Below, in pieces: positions 1-9,700 of a stretch of 33,637 nt of DNA. The stretch comes from Pseudogymnoascus verrucosus (Eukaryota). Each line of letters opens with the position of its first letter. Within the stretch, counting starts at the first letter, position 1. The stretch lies in NCBI GenBank assembly GCA_001662655.1, contig KV460257.1; one strand, given 5' to 3'. The notes beneath the pieces are model-generated. The model was not told the DNA's origin, did not search any database, and was given only the letters and a program-made list of their open reading frames with translations. The translations under genes were made by a program, and so were the position numbers.

Positions 1-1200
1 GATCCCTCTCGGGTCGAAGTCCGGGTCCCCACCTCTGAGATTAAACGAGACTTCAAATTACAAGTTAAGAGTTATGATGAGGTGGAAGATCCGACCATGC
101 CAACATACGAGCGTCTGAAGAAAGGCAATTTTCCCGTTTCGGAACTTCCAGATAAGCTTCTTGCTCCTGCCAATACGCCATCGACCCCAGTTTTCGATCT
201 CCAGGCAACATTCATTCGTGGTGGCTTGCTACTCTGCATCAAGTGTCATCATGCAGTAATTGATGGAGCTGGTTTGGGTTTGGTTATCAAACTCTTAGCC
301 CAGAATTGCTATCTCCACGCGAACCCTCACATTCCAGGAGAAGCTCCTAGTCTCCCGTCTATGGAACGTTCCGTACTACCCCACGGCTTGAAGGACCCTA
401 GACTCAATGAACTGGGATTCAATATCTTGGTGGGTTCCAAGGGCACCGAAACTGCTGCCATTAAAGAATATGAACCCATGACCTCTCATATCTTCAAGTT
501 TTCGGCAAATTCACTTCGGCAGCTCAAAGCTGCGTGCATTACCAGCTCTGTCAACTTCACTTCCCATGATGTCCTGACTGCACTACTGTATAGTGCTGTC
601 TCTTATGCCAGGTCACTTCGCCTGTCAAAAATCTGTGACCAGAGATCTAGTGTTCCTTCTACCATGGGCATTGCAGTAAACGGGCGACGCCGTCTGAAGC
701 CACCCATGGCCGGTTACGCTGGAAATCTCACCCTCTACGCTGCTTTCTCAAGCCCACTATCGTTACCCTGCGACCCAATACCAAGTGAAAAATCGACAGA
801 TATCACTTATCTCTCAACTAGGCTCAATCTTCCATATCTAGCCAGTCAAACCCACGCCACCGTAGCCTCGGTGACGGAGCCCTACATCTTGTCTACCATG
901 GAACTCGCTTCTTCTCTCTCAGATGTCTCAAAACTGGTCCCATCATTCTCAGATTTCTACCAAGGGACGGACTTTTTCATTACCAGTGGTGCTGACCTAC
1001 CCGTCTTTGATCATGAATGGTGGCCTGGCGGATTCGTGGAGGAGATGAGAATACCATTGAAGGCTCAGTGGGATGGGTCGTGTGCTGTGCTCGCAACAAA
1101 AGATAAGAGTACTGGATTAGATGTGCTACTTGGGTTGAGGGAAGATGATATGCTCGTTGCAAAGCGTATTTTGTTTGCATTTGGTGCCTATATTGTTTAG
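1..1200 (+). CDS. CoA-dependent acyltransferase (Transferase/BAHD-like, Tri101-type), 5' end outside the window
   Basis: Frame is open from base 1 (DPSRVEVRVP...) to TAG at 1198-1200. Shows PVFDLQATFIRGGLLL followed by the catalytic HxxxD motif (CHHAVIDGAG), plus FTSHDVLTALL, AVNGRRRL and YAGN. The usual DFGWG motif is degenerate (DHEWWPG). Confidence 0.85.
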   Translation, partial: DPSRVEVRVPTSEIKRDFKLQVKSYDEVEDPTMPTYERLKKGNFPVSELPDKLLAPANTPSTPVFDLQATFIRGGLLLCIKCHHAVIDGAGLGLVIKLLAQNCYLHANPHIPGEAPSLPSMERSVLPHGLKDPRLNELGFNILVGSKGTETAAIKEYEPMTSHIFKFSANSLRQLKAACITSSVNFTSHDVLTALLYSAVSYARSLRLSKICDQRSSVPSTMGIAVNGRRRLKPPMAGYAGNLTLYAAFSSPLSLPCDPIPSEKSTDITYLSTRLNLPYLASQTHATVASVTEPYILSTMELASSLSDVSKLVPSFSDFYQGTDFFITSGADLPVFDHEWWPGGFVEEMRIPLKAQWDGSCAVLATKDKSTGLDVLLGLREDDMLVAKRILFAFGAYIV

Positions 1201-1260
1201 ATCATTTTGTGGGTCTAATAAAACGCTTTTAGGAGGCGTAAAGCAAACTTATTTCTAAAT

Positions 1261-2192
1261 CTATGACCAAAAAATCAATCTCGGCCGCTCACCCGAAGAC
1301 TTCGCTGGAATCAGCCCCATAAAACTGCTCAACGTCAACCTCGCCCGCTGCTGCCCTGACCTGCCATCCTCCCCAATCTCTGGTTCGACAGGAAAAACTT
1401 GATGCATATTCCTTGAGTTGAAAATGCACAAGTCACCAGGCTGTGGTTGAATAGTAACCTTCTTTCGTCCTTCCACCAGCTTTTCCAGATAACCATAAGA
1501 CGAACGATCCCGAAACTCCATCGCGTCTTCAGTCCACTGACAGTCATGTACTTCGGTCTTACCACCTTTTACCTGTGTCAAGTAAAGGTTGAAAACTGCC
1601 TGCTTAGTCACCTGATTGATGATCCAATCTTCAGTCCGGCTGTCGTAAGGTGACCAGTCGCAGTGGATGGGTGTTGAGTCGTTGATTGCCCGAAAAATTC
1701 CTGAGAAGTACTGCTCGCCGGTCCTTTCTGAGGCGACGGCAACATCGTACTCAGGCAGCAATGAGGCGATTTTGTCGATGATTGTGCGCCATATGTTTTG
1801 CCCCACAACCTTCCTCAGATTCTCATGAAGTTTCTCGTGCTTCTTGGTTTCCAGGAAGTATTGCTCCTTTTCTGTTCAAATCTTAGTCAAGGTTTGCGGG
1901 ATAGGATGGGAACCCTACCATTACCGTCACTGGACCGCTGATTCAGCTGGTCGTCTGATATTGCTTGATACTCGAATTGCGCAACTCCTACTCGTAGAAG
2001 TGTTGGCCCCGGGACGTCGAGATATGGTGATAATTTAGGAGAGAGTTCGTCCTCGACCTTTTGGGCGATGTCACGAGACACGAACTGAGATTCCTTAATG
2101 CATCCCACTTTGCCGTCTAAGACACCAAGTAGGGACTCTCGAACGAATGGCGCTGGGTCTGTATTCTCCCATTGCGAAATGTACGAAGACAT
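1261..2192 (-). CDS. Fe(II)/2-oxoglutarate-dependent dioxygenase (WelO5-like fold, HxD type), about 292 aa, 2 exons
   Basis: Exons 2192-1925 and 1871-1261. Intron 1924-1872 (GTAATG...CTAAG...ACAG on minus) joins the two ORF-track ORFs in frame (SSD-E-KEQYF). Facial triad IHCD...MHQV, PQPGDLCIFN, 2OG-binding Arg in RLTLSSF. ATG at 2192 (MSSYISQW) is preferred over 2297, but this is uncertain. Confidence 0.85.
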
Positions 2193-3798
2193 TTTGTCGT
2201 CTGATATCTTAATAGAGTTCTGGAATACGGGAAGACTTCGGAATTTTGCAGGAGGTAAATCAAAGCAGCGATGCTCTGATGCAGATTTCTGTAGCATGGT
2301 ATCCCCCCTTTTCTGTTTGTTGCCCGTTCCTACGGGCGACTTAAGATAGCAACGCTACCAGCTAGCATTGATCCACTGTCCAGTGACTATAATGGTCCCA
2401 TCAATACTCAATAAAGAAGGTCGATATAATGGTCGCAGATGTTTGATATTTTAATCCGACCAGTACTGAGCTGCAGACAGGGATTAAGGGGAACGGTGTG
2501 AGAGCCAAGAAGTCCATGGATTGCCACTAGTGGAGAAATACGGGGTCCTACTACACCATTGCGCTTTTCCGGGTCCTGGAATATTTCTAAACTGTAACCA
2601 GACTTATTTAAGAGATTCTCGAATGATTTAAGTGACGAATTCCACTTTGAAGACGTCACACTAAATGTGAATTTGGGAGCCCTCAACTCAGTATCAACCG
2701 ACTCTTCCGCTCTTGGGTTGACGGCCTCACAGATTTCACCATGGCGCAAGCTGTACGCACTGCTGTCCTAAGTACAATATCTTCGCCATCAATTGCAGCA
2801 GGAAAGACATCAGAATGGCTTGTTTTGCTTGCAGACAAGCCTGGAGTTGTAAGTAAAGGAGTCTCAATTTCTTGAAGGGCGGGCTAACAACAACAGCTTG
2901 AACGTCGACTTCAGATCCGCCCTGTACACTCCAAAAACTTTGTTCGACTTCATGAAAGCGGCTTCGTATCATGGGCAGGTATGGACTCGGGCTCTTTCCG
3001 CCCTCATGCTTTTGTCCCCTGTTAGCTCCTTTGTCTTGGCGCTAACAGTATCCAGGCCCAGTATTCGAGGAGCACGTTATTGAAGGAACTCGGCCATTCA
3101 TAGGCTCCATCATGGTGGTGAACGCACCAAGTCGCGAAATAGTGAAGGAAACACTTCAAAAAGACATTTTTGTCAAGGAAGGGATCTGGGATTGGGATCA
3201 TGTTCGGATTTTCCCGTTTCGGACAATTTTACGGCAGGCTGCGAGTAAAACCGCTTGAGAATTTGAACATCTTTTGACGCACTCGCATTCATCTCAGATT
3301 CCGTGACTTCGGTTAAATTCTACCATGCACTCTAACCACATTTAAACATCGCGTAGGAAACCCGAGTCCAAGGTCTGAGCGTATTGTCCGCGTGGTTACC
3401 CTCATTTGTCACGGGCGGGGCGTCAGATTAGGGGATGCGCATCATGATGCAACTAAGCATGCCGAGAAGGTGGCTTCCGTATTAAAACCTGTAGAAAGAC
3501 TGATTTCAGAAGCCACATTCCGCGGCGTCATCATGCCATTTCTCTTACCCGAGCAACTAAGATCATAGAGACCTGCCTAATACCGTAAGTACGGTAACAT
3601 CAAAAAAGTTACAAATGGCGGCACCACGATTGCAGCTTGGAATCCGGCCAGCGGATTGCAAAGGCAATCCACAAGGAATGCCTGACGGATAGTCTGATAC
3701 TGCTCAACCCGTGATGTTGACTCGAGAGCACCCAAAGTCCAAAGGTACCAGAACTCGTCCAGAAACACAAAATTATTCCTTATCCCCTTCCGCTAACC
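2193..3798. promoter_or_regulatory. Divergent intergenic region shared by the dioxygenase and the NRPS
   Basis: Head-to-head gene arrangement. TATA-like TATTAAAA at 3480-3487. Several TTCGG half-sites (2237, 3203, 3218, 3308). Individual sites are not verified. Confidence 0.45.
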
Positions 3799-6700
3799 AT
3801 GCCACAAGACTCTTCTCCAGATCTGGATTACTGGATAGATCGCCTTCACGACAAGGACCAATGCATTTTCCCAACTCTCAATGATGGTGTGAAGGAACTT
3901 AATGGGAGACAACGAGTAGATGTCAGAACTCCTGGCCTGGGCCCCTTGAATGAGTTCTGTCAAAACCATGATTTGAAACTATCGACAGTATTCCAAACGG
4001 CGTGGGGCCTGGTACTTCGAAGCTATACTGGAGTTGACGATGTCTGTTTTGGATTCAGGGAAGATCCATCAGAAATTTTGCCTTGCCAAATGAGCCTCAC
4101 ACGGGAAAGTGGCCTTAAGCATGCTTTGGACACGGTGGAAACGACGTTCACACGTGATTCAAATCATAGGACTTGCTCTGTAAAGGATATGGAAGATGTT
4201 CTCAAGCTGGGGCGAACAGGAATTTTTAACACGATTGTCAACTATCGGAATACTTTAGGACCGTTTGGGTCATCGACCTGCAATGGTCAGAGGAATGACC
4301 AGAAAATGCACTGCCACGTAGTCCATGGTGACAGCGACAATGGGAATCACGAGGATGACACGCCAGAGTCGCAGTATATGATTGCAGTCGATATCAAGTT
4401 ATCCCCGAAATTCATATGGATGAGCTTGAGTTACCGACTGTCCGATTTGTCGAAAGGACAGGCAGCAAATGTTGCCAGCTCATTAGAAAAGGCTTTGTCG
4501 TGTGTCTTAAGCGGCGCACAAGAAACGGTGGGAGAACAACATCTGTTCAGTGAGCATCACCAGCGGCAGGTGAATGAATGGAATCGAGATCGCCCGGAAT
4601 GGATAGATTTAACTTTGCACGAAGCGATCGCAACTCGGGTTAGATCGCAGCCAGATGCACCAGCTATCCGTGCCTGGGACGAGGAATGGACTTACCACGA
4701 GATGGACGAGTTGTCGTCAAGACTTGCTCGACATTTGGTCCAAATTGGTGTCAAGACGGGTATGAGAATACCATTGGTATTCGAGAGGTCGGGTTGGTGG
4801 GTGATCGCCCTACTGGCAGTTTCAAAAGCTGGTGGCGCTTTTGTTCCGGTAGATCCCACACAGCCTGTGCTTCGGCTGAAAGAAATCCTTCAGGACATCG
4901 AGCCACAATTCTTGTTATCTTCGAGCCAATATTCTGGGTTGTTAGTAGACTCGGTTGAGACCACAGTTGTGGTATCCCGAGCTGCTTTGGAGGAATTGTC
5001 TTCGAAGACCAGGTCACCTATACCCTTACCCAAGGTTTCTTCTAAAGATGTGGCGTATGTCATGGTACGTGTTTCAGCAGCAAACTCAATTCCTCTTACT
5101 TTTTCAGACATTTCCTCAACCTCTCGTGCTCTAATTGCCTGGCTGTGGCCTAACTGTCTTATAGTACACGAGTGGTTCGACCGGACACCCGAAGGGAGCT
5201 TTATTACAGCATGGAGGGTATCTTCCGGCGTTACTCCATTGGATCGAGAATACATCCCTCGGTCCAGGCACGATGGCACTCCAAGCGAGTTCTTATGCTT
5301 GGTCAGTGTGCATCATCGAAACCATATGTTCTCTGTGGCAGGGAGCATGTTTATGTATCCCGAGTGATTATTCTAAGCATGATGATTTCACTGCAGTTTT
5401 CAACGACATGCAGATCACGTGGGCCATGTTATCACCCTCCGTCATCAAAACTGTCCAAGCAGAGTCTGTTAAATATTTGAGGACGCTGATACTATGCGGA
5501 GAGCCTGTATCACTAGAAGTTGTTTCAAAATGGACTTCAGAAAAAACAAAAGTGTGGGTGGGCTGGGCGGCAACGGAATGTCCTGCTCTTGCAAGGCCTG
5601 ACAATTTCACGGCAAACTCAGACGTACAGAACCTTGGTCCTTGCAAGGCAGTTTGCAGAGTGGTGGAAGTGGGCAATCATGAGCGTCAGGTACCTGTTGG
5701 CGCAGTGGGAGATATAGTTGTCCACGCACCCTGGATAGCAGCAGGTTACCTCAATGACCCAGAAAAAACTGCGGCAACTTTTCTAGATCGCCCAGATTGG
5801 TTGAATGGTAAGCCTTCAAGTTATGGCTCTCGGTGGTACAAGGTTGGTGATTTGGTCCGCCAAAATTCGGACGGAAGCTTGATACTCGCTGGCCGAGGTG
5901 ATAACATGGTCAAGATTAGAGGACAACGATTTGACATGTCTGAAGTTGAGCGAAACCTGGCAGTTGACGACCACATTCGAAATTCCCTGCCAATTCTACC
6001 CAAAGTGGGAGTTTGCAAGCAACGCCTAGTAGCTGTAATTGCGCTGCATGATTTTACGCCAAAACCAGACGAGGGTAAGGATGAAATTACTATTCTAAAG
6101 GGGTCAGAATTGCGGAAAGCAGCTTCGTGGGTGTCAAAGTTTCAAGAGATCTTAGCGAAACGCATCCCATCTTACATGGTACCGAGCGTATGGATTATGG
6201 TGAAAAGCGTTCCACTCACTATTACTGGAAAGATTGACAGAGTCGCATTGAAGCGGTTTGTGGAGAAAATGGATGTCGAAACATACGAGGAGATCTGCAC
6301 GTTGGGAGTTGAGCGAGAGGCCCCAACTACGCCAATGGAGATCCGTCTTCAAAAAATATGGGCAGAGATTTTGGGCCTCCCGTTGGAAAAGGTTGGACGG
6401 AATCAATCTTTCATCAGTCTTGGAGGTGACTCCATCTTGGCCATGACTGTTGGAGCCCGATGCAGGAATAACATGCTCCTGTTGCGTGCGCAAGATATCT
6501 TGAGATTCGGAACAATTGCTGAGGTTGCATTGCACACTACTCCAGTCGAAGACACGACGCGTGACGAGCTTGTTCTAGCTACCCAGTTCGACAGCCTACG
6601 CGGCTCCACCAAGGACAAGTTGCATCAAGTAGGCGTCATGGATATCGCCAACGTTGAAGATGCGTATCCTTGTTCCCCGATGCAACAAGGAATGCTCCTG

Positions 6701-9700
6701 AGCAAGGCCAGATCGACCGGGAACTACAACACATCTACCGTCTTTGAAGTTAGGCCTCGGTCTGTCGTTGCATTAAGTGCCGAAAGGCTTAAAGATGCAT
6801 GGCAGCAGGTTGTTGATCGTCACTCAAGTTTGCGGACTTTCTTTGTGGAAAGCGTGTCGCAGAGTGGGTCATTCGATCAGGTCGTACTCCGAAATTACAA
6901 TACGGCAGCGAGTGTAGTAATCTGGGACCGTGCTAATATCGACCGGACTGAGCATGCTATCCGCATGTTCGATGGCCATCAACCGGAAGCATACGCCAGT
7001 CATCAGCCACCACATCATTTTACAATACTCCACACGACGACTGGTAGGCTCTTCTTCAGAATGAACGTCGAGCACACTCTTGTGGACGGCATGTCAATTG
7101 CCATCCTTGTACGTGACTTGATCACAGCGTACGATGGAAATCTCCGACTTCAACCCACACATTTATACTCCTCATACGTCGCCAGCCTCCAGCAAATTGT
7201 CTGCAGTATTGATAACAAATACTGGAAAACATACCTGGATGGAATGAACCCTTGCCTGCTCCCGAACCTCAGCTACAGCTTGTCACGGGAACCCCAAAGA
7301 CGCGAGTCACGATCACTCAGTGTGGAGATCAAAAATCCGCATCACCTGCTCAAGTTCTGTCAAAGTCAAGAAATGACGTTGTCTGCCCTCTTTCGCACCG
7401 TTTGGGGATTGATTCTTCGAGCTTTTACTAGCTCAGATGAGGTTTGCTTCGGATTCATTACTTCTGGGAGAGACCTTCCCGTCGCAGGCATCGAGGATAT
7501 AGTCGGCACATTCATCAACATGCTGGTCTGTCGTATGAATCTGACCGAGACGAGTCTCTTGAAGGATATAATTGCGACAGCACAGACAGATTACTTGAGC
7601 AGTCTCCCCCACCAACATGCCTCGCTGGCGCAGATCCAGCACGTGCTTGGTCTTTATGGTCAGCGCTTGTTCAATACTTCCATGACAATTCTCAAGGAAG
7701 TTCCTCTGAGTTCGGGGGAAAATCCTAGCGTCGACTTCAATACCATTCATCAATGGTCGCCAAATGAGGTGAATTTTATTTCTCGACCGTATTTCATGTA
7801 TTGCATTTTCTGACAAAATCTATAGTATGATCTTGACGTACAAGTATGGGTTTCAAGTAAGACCGTGAAAATGGAGCTTTGGTACAGAACCGAGTGGATT
7901 TCCAATGAGCATGCGCGGAACATTGCTTCCACGTTTAGCCAAGCGCTAGATGCCATCACGGACGAGCCAGATCAAAGAGTCGGACAGCTGGATCTTTTTA
8001 GCGAACACCATAGGGAGCAAGTGTGGGATTGGAATGCGAGATATCCGGACACAATCCATGCCTGCCTTCACGACCTCGTCACAGAACAAGCACTGAAGCG
8101 ACCTCAAGAGATTGCGGTCCATTCATGGGATCGCGATTTGACATTCAGCCAACTCGAAGCATATGCCGATCGATTAGCTCATTATTTGGTATCTCTTGGA
8201 GTTGGCCCAGAAGTTCATGTATTCCTATGTTTTGAGAAGTCGGCGCTGGCTATTGTGGCAATTTTGAGTGTACTGAAAGCCGGTGGTGTCTGTGTCTCCG
8301 TTGACCCCGCACATCCAACACAACGATTACAACGAATTATCAATGACACCAGACCTCTATCCTGCCTTGTATCTCCCATGCACAGAGGGGTGTTCGACAG
8401 AGAAGGCCTAATTAATCTCGTCCCTCAAGTTGTTACTGTGGAGGAATCCCTTTTCGCTTCTTCTCGACTTGCAACCGTTCCTGCCGGAAAAGCGTGTCCT
8501 ACGGTTGGTCCTAAGAACGCCGCATTTGTGTTATTTACCTCAGGAAGCACAGGTATTCCCAAAGGAATAGTGCATCAACATCAAGCGATCGCGTCATCAT
8601 TGCATGCTCATGGAAATGCGATGCATGTTGGTCTTGACTCTCGCACCCTACAATTTTCCGCCTTCGTTTTCGATGTCAGTATCACCGAGATCTTCCTCTC
8701 CCTTACCCGTGGTGGCGTTCTCTGCGTTCCTTCTGAAGACGAGAGGATGAACAACCTCGAATCAGCAATCGTTCGCATGAGTGCCAACTGGGCGCACCTT
8801 ACTCCGACTGTAGCCTCGCTCCTCAACCCTGAAAAGGTGCCTACTTTAAAGCACATGGCTCTTGCTGGGGAGCCGCTCAAGAAGGTCAATATAACAGAAT
8901 GGGCTGAGAAACTTGAATTGGTGAATCTCTATGGTCCCGCTGAGTGCGCACTTGCCACTACTCTACGGGTAGGGCTGGTCAAGGACGACAGGCCGGACAA
9001 TATCGGGCGAGCTGTTGGATTATTGACATGGCTTGTTGAACCCTCGAATACTAACCGTCTCGTTCCTGTCGGAGGAGTAGGTGAAATCCTCCTCGAAGGA
9101 CCCAATATTGCCCGCGAATACTTAAAGGACAAAGACAGAACGTTGGCGTCTTTCATTGAGAATCCAACATGGTTGCAAGGCGAAAAGACGAGTCCCCCTC
9201 GGCGATTCTACAGAAGCGGGGACATAGCAAGGTACAATGGGGATGGGTCTATTCAAATCCTAGGTCGAATGGACACTCAAGTCAAGCTATACGGACAGCG
9301 TGTGGAGTTGGGCGAGATTGAGTATCAGTTGAAACTGAACCTCTCGAACCAAAAGCTTGTGAATTTAGCCGTCGTATATGCGAATTCCCCGGAACATCCA
9401 GGTGGCGGGCTACTGGCGTCTTTCTTGGAATTCGAGCAAAAGGCATCTGAGGTCGATCAGAATCAACTCATGGTCAAGATATCCCAGGAATTAAAAACAC
9501 TTCTAGTCAGGTTGGACGTTCATCTCGCAGATGCTCTCCCTTCATACATGGTTCCATCCATTTATGTACCGTTGAACGCCATGCCACTACTAACTGCCGG
9601 GAAGATTGACAGAGGCCGACTCTCACGCATTGTCACTCAACTTTCCACCGAGCAAGTGAAGTTATACTCCTTATCCGAATTCCAAGAAGACAAAGGCAAG

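Noticed and set aside
1261..2192. Calling the dioxygenase a halogenase
   Set aside because: It retains the Asp iron ligand (HCD); halogenases of this type have Gly or Ala there.
2408..3110. Short ORFs in the divergent intergenic region (possible gene relic)
   Set aside because: No recognisable motif and no consistent splice model. A translated search would be needed, so I cannot support a call.
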